This document shows positions 47,504 through 57,920 of a stretch of 64,000 nucleotides of DNA, one piece after another. Below the pieces are notes generated by a model. The model did not search any database. It had not been told where the DNA came from and saw nothing but the letters and a program-made list of their open reading frames with translations. The position numbers and the translations under genes were made by a program. Positions within the stretch are counted from its first letter, which is position 1, and each line of letters begins with the position of its first letter. Source of the DNA: Escherichia phage vB_Eco_OMNI12; the sequence record OL362041.1. One strand, 5' to 3'.

Positions 47504-49015
47504 ATGACTGACATTAAAGTACATTTTTATGATTTTAGTCACGTGAGAATTGATTGCGAAGAAAGTACATTTCATGAACTCCGTGATTTCTTTAGCTTTG
47601 AAGCTGATGGGTATCGTTTTAATCCGAAGTACAAATATGGCCACTGGGATGGACGAATTCGTCTTTTAGATTATAATCGCCTTCTTCCATTCGGTTTAGT
47701 CGGGCAAATTAAAAAGTTCTGCGATAACTTTGGCTATAAAGCCTGGATTGACCCACAGATTAACGAAAAAGAAGAATTATCAAGAAAAGATTTTGATGAA
47801 TGGCTTTCTAAATTAGAAATCTATTCAGGAAATAAAAGAATTGAACCGCATTGGTATCAAAAAGATGCAGTGTTCGAAGGATTAGTTAATCGTCGTAGAA
47901 TTCTTAATCTTCCAACATCCGCTGGTAAATCGTTAATTCAAGCTTTGCTTGCGCGATATTATTTGGAAAATTATGAAGGTAAAATTCTTATCATTGTTCC
48001 AACAACTGCTCTAACAACTCAGATGGCTGATGACTTCGTTGACTATCGTTTATTCAGTCATGCAATGATAAAGAAAATTGGTGGCGGAGCATCAAAAGAT
48101 GATAAATATAAAAATGATGCACCGGTCGTTGTTGGTACATGGCAAACTGTAGTAAAACAACCGAAAGAATGGTTCTCACAGTTTGGAATGATGATGAATG
48201 ATGAATGCCATCTTGCTACAGGAAAAAGTATTTCATCTATCATATCAGGTTTAAATAACTGCATGTTCAAATTTGGTCTATCTGGTTCATTACGTGATGG
48301 CAAAGCCAATATCATGCAGTATGTTGGAATGTTTGGTGAAATATTTAAGCCAGTAACGACTTCTAAATTAATGGAAGATGGACAAGTAACTGAGTTAAAA
48401 ATTAATAGTATTTTTCTTCGCTATCCCGATGAGTTCACTACTAAATTAAAGGGAAAAACTTACCAAGAAGAAATAAAAATTATTACTGGGCTTAGTAAAA
48501 GAAATAAATGGATCGCTAAATTAGCTATTAAGCTTGCACAAAAAGATGAAAACGCTTTTGTCATGTTTAAACACGTATCGCACGGTAAAGCTATTTTCGA
48601 TTTAATTAAAAATGAATACGATAAAGTTTATTACGTATCAGGGGAAGTTGATACCGAAACCCGCAATATAATGAAAACCTTAGCTGAAAACGGTAAAGGA
48701 ATAATTATAGTAGCTAGTTATGGTGTATTTTCTACTGGTATTTCAGTTAAAAATCTGCATCACGTTGTTTTAGCACACGGTGTTAAATCTAAAATTATTG
48801 TATTGCAAACAATAGGTCGCGTATTACGTAAACATGGTTCTAAAACAATCGCAACAGTCTGGGACCTCATAGATGACTGTGGTGTCAAGCCAAAATCTGC
48901 TAATACTAAAAAGAAATATGTTCACTTGAACTATCTTTTAAAACACGGCATTGATCGTATTCAGCGCTACGCAGATGAAAAATTTAATTACGTAATGAAA
49001 ACAGTTAATTTATAA
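47504..49015 (+). CDS. uvsW: UvsW DNA/RNA helicase (SF2)
   Basis: 503 aa MTDIKVHFYDFSHVRIDCEES...; Walker A PTSAGKS, DECH box. Confidence 0.95.
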   Translation: MTDIKVHFYDFSHVRIDCEESTFHELRDFFSFEADGYRFNPKYKYGHWDGRIRLLDYNRLLPFGLVGQIKKFCDNFGYKAWIDPQINEKEELSRKDFDEWLSKLEIYSGNKRIEPHWYQKDAVFEGLVNRRRILNLPTSAGKSLIQALLARYYLENYEGKILIIVPTTALTTQMADDFVDYRLFSHAMIKKIGGGASKDDKYKNDAPVVVGTWQTVVKQPKEWFSQFGMMMNDECHLATGKSISSIISGLNNCMFKFGLSGSLRDGKANIMQYVGMFGEIFKPVTTSKLMEDGQVTELKINSIFLRYPDEFTTKLKGKTYQEEIKIITGLSKRNKWIAKLAIKLAQKDENAFVMFKHVSHGKAIFDLIKNEYDKVYYVSGEVDTETRNIMKTLAENGKGIIIVASYGVFSTGISVKNLHHVVLAHGVKSKIIVLQTIGRVLRKHGSKTIATVWDLIDDCGVKPKSANTKKKYVHLNYLLKHGIDRIQRYADEKFNYVMKTVNL

Positions 49016-49027
49016 GGGCTTCGGCCC
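49016..49027 (+). terminator. Stem-loop GGGC-TTCG-GCCC after uvsW
   Basis: Short GC hairpin with UUCG loop. Confidence 0.4.
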
Positions 49028-49040
49028 TTTGGAGAAAAAG

Positions 49041-49271
49041 ATGTTACTAGAATTTAAACAATTTCTTTATGAAGCTTCTATTGATGAATTTATGGGTAAA
49101 ATTGCCTCTTGTCAAACATTAGAAGGTTTAGAAGAACTTGAAGCTTATTATAAGAAAAGAGTTAAAGAAACTGAATTAAAAGATACTGATGACATCTCAG
49201 TCAGAGATGCTTTGGCAGGAAAAAGAGCTGAATTAGAAGATTCAGACGATGAAGTAGAAGAAAGCTTTTAA
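49041..49271 (+). CDS. uvsW.1: UvsW.1 small protein
   Basis: ORF track 49029..49271; start at MLLEFKQFLYEAS gives 76 aa. Confidence 0.8.
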   Translation: MLLEFKQFLYEASIDEFMGKIASCQTLEGLEELEAYYKKRVKETELKDTDDISVRDALAGKRAELEDSDDEVEESF

Positions 49272-49326
49272 ATTAAAAAAGGCCCAACCAAAAAGGAAGG
49301 GCCAAAACTATAGACTAAAGGTCACA

Positions 49327-49494
49327 CTATAGCAAAAGTTGCGTTTCATTTAATTGTTCTTCCGAACTTTCTGAAACTGGTAGTTCTTTAATGTAATTAT
49401 AGCAAGGCCCAGGATGTACAGGACCTTTGTCTGTTTCAACAACCAATGCAGAATCGATTGGAGTTTTACAGACAACACAAATCTTATCTGACAT
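49327..49494 (-). CDS. Small Cys-containing protein, 55 aa, not in ORF track
   Basis: Hand translation: MSDKICVVCKTPIDSALVVETDKGPVHPGPCYNY...; RBS GAGGAGA upstream of ATG 49492-49494. Confidence 0.5.
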   Translation of the reverse strand: MSDKICVVCKTPIDSALVVETDKGPVHPGPCYNYIKELPVSESSEEQLNETQLLL

Positions 49495-49522
49495 GATTGT
49501 CTCCTCTGAATTATATATCTAT

Positions 49523-49747
49523 TTATACAACTCTCATATGCATATCAATGCCCATATCTTTAGAATAAAAATATTCATCAAGATATCCGGCAAATTTTCC
49601 TTTAATATAAAGAACATCTTCACCGCACGGGTGGTCGGCCAGGATACGAATATCCTGACGCTTAAGATTATGCTTTTTCATTAAGAATTGAATTTCCGTT
49701 TCAAATTCTTCTTCATAATTAAAAGCATCATCAATGTTATATCTCAT
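49523..49747 (-). CDS. Hypothetical small protein overlapping uvsY stop
   Basis: 74 aa ORF. Confidence 0.6.
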   Translation of the reverse strand: MRYNIDDAFNYEEEFETEIQFLMKKHNLKRQDIRILADHPCGEDVLYIKGKFAGYLDEYFYSKDMGIDMHMRVV

Positions 49748-50160
49748 TATTTTCCAGCCTCAAATGCTCGCATGTCTTGAATATGCTTAATAGCAAATCC
49801 ACGTGATTTAATAGCATCAAGAGCTCCGCTACAGAAATCTAATAAAATCCCCCAATACTGTAACGAGGTATCAACCTTTAAAACATCCTTATCAGCTGAT
49901 AGAACTGTCTTCATTTCTGATTTCTCGTAACGATCCATACTAAATTCATCACCATCTCCTCGTCCCGAGTAGTAGTCTAATTTAGCTTTAAGAGCAACTT
50001 TTTTCTGTGCATCAATTCTAAGCATTTCCTTTTTAATACTTGAATGCTTATTAAGCCATTTACTATATAACATCACATTATTAGCTGCTTCATACTGTAA
50101 TTTAGTCGAATCTATAAACACATCTTTCTTCAATTCTTCTTGAAGATCTTCTAATCTCAT
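49747..50160 (-). CDS. uvsY: Recombination mediator UvsY
   Basis: 137 aa MRLEDLQEELKKDVFIDSTKLQYEAANN... Confidence 0.95.
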   Translation of the reverse strand: MRLEDLQEELKKDVFIDSTKLQYEAANNVMLYSKWLNKHSSIKKEMLRIDAQKKVALKAKLDYYSGRGDGDEFSMDRYEKSEMKTVLSADKDVLKVDTSLQYWGILLDFCSGALDAIKSRGFAIKHIQDMRAFEAGK

Positions 50161-50200
50161 ATTGTTCTCTATTCAATTGTTATTGGATGGACTTAGATTC

Positions 50201-50226
50201 ATTATACCACGTTTATACGTGAAGCA
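50201..50226 (-). promoter_or_regulatory. Middle promoter for uvsY: MotA box TGCTTCA (50220-50226), 13-nt spacer, extended -10 TGGTATAAT (50201-50209)
   Basis: Minus strand TGCTTCACGTATAAACGTGGTATAAT matches the MotA-dependent middle promoter architecture. Confidence 0.6.
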
Positions 50227-50625
50227 TTATACTCTATTACTGGAAGCCAGTTGTAGTTTTATCTGCTCAATATCATCAGGGTTATCGATGACTGAAAAGC
50301 GTATTTCTACTATCAAAGTATAATCATCATAAACCGGTATTACATTAACTGCTAATTTATCAATACGTGGCTCATAGTTTCTTACTGCGCTTTCGATATT
50401 ACGCTCAACCGTGTCAGCAGTAAGAGGAGTCATATTCTCAAAAAGTTGGTCAGATAAATCGCATCCAAATTCAGGGTCAAACGGTCTTGAACCTTTTCTT
50501 GTTGTAATAATTCCTAAAAGACTATTTTTAATTGACCTTAATCCAAGTGATCTTGAAACGTCTTTGTTCCAATCCATTTTCATCTCTGGGTCAATATCAG
50601 AATAAAGCTTATTAATATTTGCCAT
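50227..50625 (-). CDS. 25: Baseplate wedge protein gp25
   Basis: 132 aa [42 protein letters not shown]... Confidence 0.95.
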   Translation of the reverse strand: MANINKLYSDIDPEMKMDWNKDVSRSLGLRSIKNSLLGIITTRKGSRPFDPEFGCDLSDQLFENMTPLTADTVERNIESAVRNYEPRIDKLAVNVIPVYDDYTLIVEIRFSVIDNPDDIEQIKLQLASSNRV

Positions 50626-51251
50626 TACAATAGCTCAAAGAATTCTTTGAGTCCTCTTATTACATGAGCGTGAGTTTTTCCACACTCTGGACATTTAATT
50701 GGAACAGCCAAATAAACAGTAGGCTTTAAAAGCATATCTTTTATAGCTACAATATCTGACTCTGTGATGATAGAATATAAATCTTCTAGTTCCTTTTCAT
50801 TTAAGTCTTCAACTGGAATGCTTTCCCCGTTAGCATGAATCGTTTCTATACATGATACTATCATGTGGGCTATATTTTTATCATCAAAAATTTTAGGGTA
50901 TCGGAATTTAATTTTAATGTCACCCAGTGTATACCAAAGGTCTTCTGGTGCATCTATTTGTGTATGTAATAGATTTATATGGGTTGGTATTTCAGTTCCG
51001 CAGGTGCACTTCCAGGAGTTTTCGTGATTAACTTCTCCAAGAGAATGCGCCCATAAATGAATCAACAATAGTTCTGATTCTTGGCGATTTAAATCTTTTG
51101 CATTTGTGCAGTCTTTGATTAGCTTTTTAACAATTACTTCTACAGAACCATTATTTTTGGCAGTAATAAGTTCTAGATATTCTTTAAGAGTAAATGCGCG
51201 ACAGTTGATTATTTTAGAACCAACTCTCACATCAAATTTGTATTCATACAT
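50625..51251 (-). CDS. 26: Baseplate hub protein gp26
   Basis: 208 aa. Confidence 0.9.
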   Translation of the reverse strand: MYEYKFDVRVGSKIINCRAFTLKEYLELITAKNNGSVEVIVKKLIKDCTNAKDLNRQESELLLIHLWAHSLGEVNHENSWKCTCGTEIPTHINLLHTQIDAPEDLWYTLGDIKIKFRYPKIFDDKNIAHMIVSCIETIHANGESIPVEDLNEKELEDLYSIITESDIVAIKDMLLKPTVYLAVPIKCPECGKTHAHVIRGLKEFFELL

Positions 51252-51272
51252 ATTTAGCTCCTTTATTTATCA

Positions 51273-51284
51273 TATTTATAAATA
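51273..51284. promoter_or_regulatory. Overlapping divergent late promoters: TATAAATA on minus (51273-51280, for 26/25) and plus (51277-51284, for 51)
   Basis: catatttataaatag carries the motif on both strands. Confidence 0.5.
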
Positions 51285-51301
51285 GAATAAAAGGAGCATC
51301 T

Positions 51302-52051
51302 ATGGCAAACATTATTCGTTGTAAATTACCAGATGGTGTTCATCGTTTTAAACCATTTACGGTAGAAGATTATCGAGATTTTTTGTTAGTTCGAAACGAT
51401 ATAGAACATCGGTCACCACAAGAACAAAAAGAAATAATTACTGATTTAATTGATGATTATTTTGGAGACTATCCGAAGACTTGGCAACCATTTATATTTT
51501 TGCAGGTATTTGTAGGTTCAATAGGTAAAACTAAAGTACCAGTCACATTTGTATGTCCAAAATGTAAAAAAGAAAAGACAGTTCCATTTGAAATATATCA
51601 AAAAGAATTAAAGGAACCTATTTTTGATGTAGCTAATGTTAAAATTAAATTAAATTTTCCTTCTGAGTTTTATGAAAATAAAGCAAAGATGATTACTGAA
51701 AATATTCATTCTGTTCAAGTAGATGAAATGTGGTATGATTGGAAGGAAATTAGTGAATCGAGTCAAATAGAACTTGTTGACGCCATCGAGATAGAAACAT
51801 TAGAAAAAATTCTCGATGCAATGAATCCTATTAATTTAACATTGCACATGTCGTGTTGTGATAAGTACATTAAAAAATACACTGATATAGTAGATGTGTT
51901 TAAGCTATTAGTTAATCCAGATGAGATATTTACTTTTTATCAAATTAATCACACGCTTGTAAAAAGTAATTATAGCTTAAATTCAATAATGAAAATGATT
52001 CCTGCCGAGCGCGGATTCGTATTAAAACTGATTGAGAAGGATAAACAATAA
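51302..52051 (+). CDS. 51: Baseplate hub assembly protein gp51
   Basis: 249 aa. Confidence 0.9.
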   Translation: MANIIRCKLPDGVHRFKPFTVEDYRDFLLVRNDIEHRSPQEQKEIITDLIDDYFGDYPKTWQPFIFLQVFVGSIGKTKVPVTFVCPKCKKEKTVPFEIYQKELKEPIFDVANVKIKLNFPSEFYENKAKMITENIHSVQVDEMWYDWKEISESSQIELVDAIEIETLEKILDAMNPINLTLHMSCCDKYIKKYTDIVDVFKLLVNPDEIFTFYQINHTLVKSNYSLNSIMKMIPAERGFVLKLIEKDKQ

Positions 52052-53223
52052 TGAGTATGTTGCAACGCCCCGGATATCCAAATCTCAGCGTTAAATTATT
52101 TGAGAGTTATGACGCTTGGAGTAATAATAGATTTGTTGAATTAGCTGCTACTATTACCACATTAACTATGCGGGATTCTCTTTATGGTCGAAATGAAGGA
52201 ATGCTACAATTTTATGATTCTAAAAATATCCATACAAAAATGGATGGAAATGAAATAATTCAGATTTCTGTAGCTAATGCAAACGATATTAATAATGTTA
52301 AAACAAGAATTTATGGATGTAAGCATTTTTCTGTATCTGTAGATTCAAAAGGTGATAACATCATTGCTATTGAATTGGGAACTATTCATTCTATAGAAAA
52401 TCTTAAATTTGGTAGACCATTTTTCCCTGATGCAGGTGAATCTATAAAAGAAATGCTTGGTGTCATTTATCAAGACCGCACATTATTAACTCCAGCAATA
52501 AATGCTATAAATGCTTATGTTCCTGATATTCCATGGACTAGCACATTTGAAAACTATTTGTCATATGTAAGAGAAGTTGCTCTAGCGGTAGGAAGCGATA
52601 AGTTCGTATTTGTATGGCAAGACATCATGGGAGTTAACATGATGGACTATGATATGATGATAAATCAAGAACCATATCCAATGATTGTAGGTGAGCCAAC
52701 TTTAATAGGTCAATTCGTCCAAGAATTGAAATATCCATTAGCATATGATTTTGTTTGGTTGACTAAATCAAACCCGCATAAACGTGATCCAATGAAAAAT
52801 GCTACTATCTATGCTCATTCATTTTTAGATTCTTCATTACCAATGATTACTACAGGAAAGGGTGAAAACTCTATTGTAGTGTCAAGGTCAGGTGCTTATT
52901 CTGAAATGACTTATAGAAATGGATATGAAGAAGCTATTCGTCTTCAGACTATGGCGCAATATGACGGCTATGCTAAATGTTCTACTGTCGGTAATTTTAA
53001 CTTGACTCCTGGCGTTAAAATTATTTTTAATGATAGTAAAAACCAATTTAAAACAGAATTTTACGTTGATGAAGTTATTCACGAATTATCAAATAATAAT
53101 TCCGTAACTCATCTATATATGTTCACTAATGCAACGAAACTGGAAACAATCGACCCAGTTAAGGTTAAAAATGAATTTAAAACTGATACTACCACTGAAG
53201 AAAGTAGTTCTTCCGATAAGTAA
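52051..53223 (+). CDS. 27: Baseplate hub protein gp27
   Basis: 390 aa. Confidence 0.93.
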   Translation: MSMLQRPGYPNLSVKLFESYDAWSNNRFVELAATITTLTMRDSLYGRNEGMLQFYDSKNIHTKMDGNEIIQISVANANDINNVKTRIYGCKHFSVSVDSKGDNIIAIELGTIHSIENLKFGRPFFPDAGESIKEMLGVIYQDRTLLTPAINAINAYVPDIPWTSTFENYLSYVREVALAVGSDKFVFVWQDIMGVNMMDYDMMINQEPYPMIVGEPTLIGQFVQELKYPLAYDFVWLTKSNPHKRDPMKNATIYAHSFLDSSLPMITTGKGENSIVVSRSGAYSEMTYRNGYEEAIRLQTMAQYDGYAKCSTVGNFNLTPGVKIIFNDSKNQFKTEFYVDEVIHELSNNNSVTHLYMFTNATKLETIDPVKVKNEFKTDTTTEESSSSDK

Positions 53224-53704
53224 TAAAGAAGTTTCTATTCCTAAGATGGGTCTTAAACATTATAACATTTTAAAAGATGTTAAAGGTCCTGATGAAAATT
53301 TAAAGCTTCTTATTGATTCTATTTGTCCAAATTTATCACCGGCAGAAGTTGATTTCGTTTCTATTCATTTATTGGAATTTAATGGAAAGATTAAATCTCG
53401 TAAAGAAATAGATGGCTATACTTATGACATTAATGATGTTTATGTATGCCAAAGATTAGAATTTCAATACCAAGGAAATACATTTTATTTTAGACCTCCT
53501 GGAAAATTTGAACAATTTTTAACGGTGAGCGATATGTTATCTAAATGCTTGCTTAAGGTCAACGATGAAGTTAAAGAAATTAATTTTCTTGAGATGCCAG
53601 CATTCGTTTTAAAATGGGCAAATGATATTTTTACAACTTTAGCAATTCCTGGCCCTAATGGTCCAATAACTGGAATTGGCAATATTATTGGATTATTTGA
53701 ATGA
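53171..53704 (+). CDS. 28: Baseplate hub protein gp28
   Basis: ORF track 53129..53704; start at [11 protein letters not shown] gives 177 aa, overlapping gene 27 end. Confidence 0.85.
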   Translation: MNLKLILPLKKVVLPISNKEVSIPKMGLKHYNILKDVKGPDENLKLLIDSICPNLSPAEVDFVSIHLLEFNGKIKSRKEIDGYTYDINDVYVCQRLEFQYQGNTFYFRPPGKFEQFLTVSDMLSKCLLKVNDEVKEINFLEMPAFVLKWANDIFTTLAIPGPNGPITGIGNIIGLFE

Positions 53705-55473
53705 AAAAGCCACAAGAAATGCAAACGATGCGTAGAAAAGTTATTTCAGATAATAAACCAACACAGGAAGCGGCTAAATCCGCTTCCAATACTTTATCTG
53801 GACTTAATGACATTTCTACAAAATTGGATGATGCTCAAGCTGCTTCTGAATTAATAGCTCAAACCGTTGAAGAAAAATCGAATGAAATAATTGGAGCAAT
53901 TGACAATGTAGAAAGCGCAGTGAGTGATACTACTGCTGGTTCTGAGTTAATTGCTGAAACTGTCGAAATTGGCAATAATATTAATAAAGAAATCGGTGAA
54001 TCGCTCGGAAGTAAATTAGATAAATTAACGAGTTTACTCGAGCAAAAAATCCAGACAGCCGGAATTCAACAAACAGGAACTAGTTTAGCTACGGTTGAAA
54101 GCGCTATTCCTGTTAAAGTTGTTGAGGACGATACAGCTGAATCCGTGGGTCCTTTATTACCAGCTCCTGAAGCAGTTAATAATGATCCTGACGCTGATTT
54201 TTTCCCTGCCCCTCAACCAGTTGAACCTAAGCGAGAGTCACCGGAAGAAAAACAGAAAAAAGAAGCATTTAATTTAAAATTATCTCAAGCTTTAGATAAA
54301 TTAACAAAGACTGTTGATTTTGGATTTAAAAAATCCATTTCAATTACTGATAAAATATCAAGCATGCTATTTAAGTATACTGTCAGTGCTGCTATTGAAG
54401 CTGCTAAAATGGTTGCATTAATAATGGCTGTTGTTATTGGAATAGACCTACTGATGGTTCATTTTAAATATTGGTCAGATAAATTTTCAAAAGCCTGGGA
54501 TTTGTTTAGCACTGATTTTAAAACTTTTTCAAGCGAAACCGGAACTTGGGGTCCTTTATTACAGAGCATCTTTGAATCTATTGATGAAATTAAAAAGTTC
54601 TGGGAAGCGGGAGATTGGGGCGGTTTGACGGTAGCTATTGTAGAAGGGCTTGGAAAGGTTCTTTATAATTTAGGAGAACTTATTCAGCTTGGAATGGCTA
54701 AATTATCAGCAGCAATTCTTCGAGTTATTCCTGGTATGAAAGATACTGCTGACGAAGTAGAAGGAAGAGCACTGGAAAATTTCCAAAATTCTACTGGAGC
54801 ATCTCTCAATAAAGAAGACCAGGAAAAAGTTGCGAATTATCAAGATAAACGAATGAATGGAGACCTTGGTCCGATAGCAGAAGGACTAGACAAAATTGCG
54901 AACTGGAAAACTCGTGCATCTAACTGGATTCGTGGTGTTGATAATAAAGAAGCATTGACAACTGATGAAGAACGCGCAGCAGAAGAAGAAAAATTAAAGC
55001 AGCTTTCACCAGAAGAAAGAAAAAATGCTTTAATGAAGGCTAATGAAGCCCGTGCCGCGATGATTCGTTTTGAAAAATATGCTGATTCAGCTGATATGAG
55101 TAAAGACTCAACGGTTAAATCAGTTGAAGCTGCCTATGAAGACCTTAAAAAACGAATGGATGACCCGGATTTAAATAATTCACCGGCAGTTAAAAAAGAA
55201 CTTGCTGCTAGATTTTCTAAAATTGATGCTACTTATCAAGAGCTCAAGAAAAATCAGCCTAATGCCAAACCTCAAACTTCTGCTAAATCGCCAGAAGCAA
55301 AACAAGTCCAGGTAATAGAAAAGAACAAAGCACAGCAAGCTCCTATTCAACAAGCATCTCCTTCAATCAATAATACTAATAATGTTATTAAGAAAAATAC
55401 TGTCGTTCATAATATGACACCCGTAACGAGCACGACTGCTCCTGGTGTATTTGATGCGACTGGAGTTAATTAA
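53701..55473 (+). CDS. 29: Tail tube tape measure / baseplate hub protein gp29
   Basis: 590 aa. Confidence 0.93.
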   Translation: MKKPQEMQTMRRKVISDNKPTQEAAKSASNTLSGLNDISTKLDDAQAASELIAQTVEEKSNEIIGAIDNVESAVSDTTAGSELIAETVEIGNNINKEIGESLGSKLDKLTSLLEQKIQTAGIQQTGTSLATVESAIPVKVVEDDTAESVGPLLPAPEAVNNDPDADFFPAPQPVEPKRESPEEKQKKEAFNLKLSQALDKLTKTVDFGFKKSISITDKISSMLFKYTVSAAIEAAKMVALIMAVVIGIDLLMVHFKYWSDKFSKAWDLFSTDFKTFSSETGTWGPLLQSIFESIDEIKKFWEAGDWGGLTVAIVEGLGKVLYNLGELIQLGMAKLSAAILRVIPGMKDTADEVEGRALENFQNSTGASLNKEDQEKVANYQDKRMNGDLGPIAEGLDKIANWKTRASNWIRGVDNKEALTTDEERAAEEEKLKQLSPEERKNALMKANEARAAMIRFEKYADSADMSKDSTVKSVEAAYEDLKKRMDDPDLNNSPAVKKELAARFSKIDATYQELKKNQPNAKPQTSAKSPEAKQVQVIEKNKAQQAPIQQASPSINNTNNVIKKNTVVHNMTPVTSTTAPGVFDATGVN

Positions 55474-55481
55474 GGAATAAT

Positions 55482-56576
55482 ATGGCAATTGTTAAAGAAA
55501 TAACTGCTGATTTAATTAAAAAGTCCGGTGAGAAAATTTCAGCCGGACAGAGTACTAAATCAGAAGTAGCAACTAAAACATACACTGCCCAGTTTCCAAC
55601 TGGGCGTGCTAGTGGTAATGACACTACAGGGGACTTCCAGGTAACAGATCTATATAAGAATGGATTATTATTTACTGCATACAATATGTCATCTAGGGAT
55701 TCTGGAAGTCTTAGAACGATGAGATCTAACTACTCTTCTTCATCTTCGAGTATTTTACGTACAGCCAGAAACACTATCAGTAATACAGTATCAAAACTAT
55801 CAAATGGACTAATATCAGATAATAATTCAGGAACAATAAGTAAAGTTCCTGTTGCAAATATTCTTTTACCTAGATCTAAATCTGACGTCGATACGTCATC
55901 ACATAGATTTAATGATGTTCAAGATAGTCTTATTACAAAAGGTGGAGGTACTGCTACTGGTGTGCTAAGCAATATGGCTTCAACCGCAGTATTTGGAGCG
56001 CTGGAAAGTATAACACAAGGTATAATGGCTGATAATAATGAACAGATTTATACGACAGCCAGAAGCATGTACGGCGGTGCTGAAAATAGAACTAAAGTGT
56101 TCACTTGGGATTTGACTCCGCGCTCAACAGAAGATTTAATGGCTATTATTAATATCTATCAGTATTTTAACTATTTTTCTTACGGTGAAACTGGTAAATC
56201 TCAATATGCTGCTGAAATAAAAGGATATCTAGATGAGTGGTACCGTTCTACTTTTATTGAGCCGTTAACTCCAGAAGATGCAGTTAAAAATAAGACGTTA
56301 TTTGAGAAAATGACATCGAGTTTAACTAACGTTCTTGTAGTTTCAAACCCGACAATTTGGATGGTGAAAAACTTTGGTGCAACATCTAAGTTTGATGGAA
56401 AAACGGAAATATTCGGTCCATGTCAAATCCAGAGTATCAGATTTGATAAAACACCTAATGGTAACTTTAACGGATTAGCTATTGCTCCAAATCTCCCTAG
56501 TACATTTACTCTCGAGATTACTATGAGAGAAATTATCACGTTAAACCGTGCTTCTTTATATGCGGGGACTTTTTAA
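55482..56576 (+). CDS. 48: Baseplate-tail tube junction protein gp48
   Basis: 364 aa. Confidence 0.92.
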   Translation: MAIVKEITADLIKKSGEKISAGQSTKSEVATKTYTAQFPTGRASGNDTTGDFQVTDLYKNGLLFTAYNMSSRDSGSLRTMRSNYSSSSSSILRTARNTISNTVSKLSNGLISDNNSGTISKVPVANILLPRSKSDVDTSSHRFNDVQDSLITKGGGTATGVLSNMASTAVFGALESITQGIMADNNEQIYTTARSMYGGAENRTKVFTWDLTPRSTEDLMAIINIYQYFNYFSYGETGKSQYAAEIKGYLDEWYRSTFIEPLTPEDAVKNKTLFEKMTSSLTNVLVVSNPTIWMVKNFGATSKFDGKTEIFGPCQIQSIRFDKTPNGNFNGLAIAPNLPSTFTLEITMREIITLNRASLYAGTF

Positions 56577-57541
56577 TGTATTCTTTAGAGGAATTTAATA
56601 ATCAAGCAATAAACGCAGATTTCCAACGTAATAATATGTTCAGCTGTGTTTTTGCTACAACTCCATCAACTAAAAGCTCTTCGTTGATAAGTTCAATTAG
56701 CAACTTTTCTTATAATAACTTGGGCCTAAATTCAGATTGGTTAGGATTAACTCAAGGCGATATTAATCAGGGAATTACTACGCTAATTACAGCTGGCACA
56801 CAAAAACTGATAAGAAAATCAGGGGTTAGTAAATATCTTATTGGTGCCATGAGTCAACGTACAGTTCAAAGTTTATTAGGCTCATTTACAGTTGGTACAT
56901 ATTTAATTGACTTCTTTAACATGGCATATAACTCATCTGGATTGATGATATACTCTGTAAAAATGCCAGAGAATAGATTATCCTATGAAACTGACTGGAA
57001 CTATAATTCTCCTAATATTCGTATAACTGGGAGAGAATTAGACCCTTTGGTTATTTCATTCAGAATGGATTCAGAAGCTTGTAACTATCGTGCAATGCAA
57101 GACTGGGTTAACGCTGTTCAAGACCCAGTAACTGGATTGCGTGCTTTGCCGCAAGATGTCGAGGCTGATATTCAGGTTAATCTTCATTCTCGCAATGGAT
57201 TACCACATACTGCGGTGATGTTCACTGGATGCATTCCAGTGTCCGTAAGCGCTCCTGAGTTATCATATGATGGAGATAACCAAATAACTACATTTGATGT
57301 TACTTTTGCGTATAGAGTCATGCAGGCTGGAGCAGTTGATAGACAAGCTGCGCTTGAATGGCTTGAATCTGCTGCTATAAATGGTATTCAAAGCGTTCTC
57401 GGAAATAGTGGAGGTGTCACTGGACTATCTAATTCGCTTTCACGACTTAGTAGATTAGGGGGAACTGCAGGAAGCATTTCAAATATTAACACTATGACAG
57501 GAATTGTCAATTCGCAAAGTAAAATATTAGGAGCAATATAA
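56576..57541 (+). CDS. 54: Baseplate-tail tube initiator gp54
   Basis: 321 aa. Confidence 0.92.
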   Translation: MYSLEEFNNQAINADFQRNNMFSCVFATTPSTKSSSLISSISNFSYNNLGLNSDWLGLTQGDINQGITTLITAGTQKLIRKSGVSKYLIGAMSQRTVQSLLGSFTVGTYLIDFFNMAYNSSGLMIYSVKMPENRLSYETDWNYNSPNIRITGRELDPLVISFRMDSEACNYRAMQDWVNAVQDPVTGLRALPQDVEADIQVNLHSRNGLPHTAVMFTGCIPVSVSAPELSYDGDNQITTFDVTFAYRVMQAGAVDRQAALEWLESAAINGIQSVLGNSGGVTGLSNSLSRLSRLGGTAGSISNINTMTGIVNSQSKILGAI

Positions 57542-57546
57542 CAATG

Positions 57547-57563
57547 GGGACCTTTCGGTCCCC
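57547..57563. terminator. Stem-loop GGGGACC-TTTC-GGTCCCC between convergent gene 54 and the 96-aa ORF
   Basis: 7-bp GC stem followed by ATATTTTTATTT. Confidence 0.6.
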
Positions 57564-57569
57564 ATATTT

Positions 57570-57860
57570 TTATTTACGGAATGAAATGAAAGCAGCAACT
57601 GAAGCAACTAAACTGTCTTCAATATAAACTTCAATTTTTACCGGAGCTTCTGACTCAAATTTACCTGTTACTACACCCTGAAAAATACTTTCAGTCTGTT
57701 CTGGCTTTGAAAAATTTTCAGAAGGAAAAATTCCGAACTTTTTATCTGTTCCAAAAATTTTGATAAATTCATCGTAAACTGCTTCATTAAAAGCATTATC
57801 AGCAGGAATAACGCCTTCAACTACAAGTTCTTGACCTAAAAAGCGCAAAGAAGATTTCAT
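57570..57860 (-). CDS. Hypothetical protein downstream of the Alt paralogs
   Basis: 96 aa ORF. Confidence 0.6.
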   Translation of the reverse strand: MKSSLRFLGQELVVEGVIPADNAFNEAVYDEFIKIFGTDKKFGIFPSENFSKPEQTESIFQGVVTGKFESEAPVKIEVYIEDSLVASVAAFISFRK

Positions 57861-57920
57861 TTTGTGTTCCTCATGTTATGTCAGTAAGACTACTATAACA
57901 CAACACGAGGGACTTGTAAA

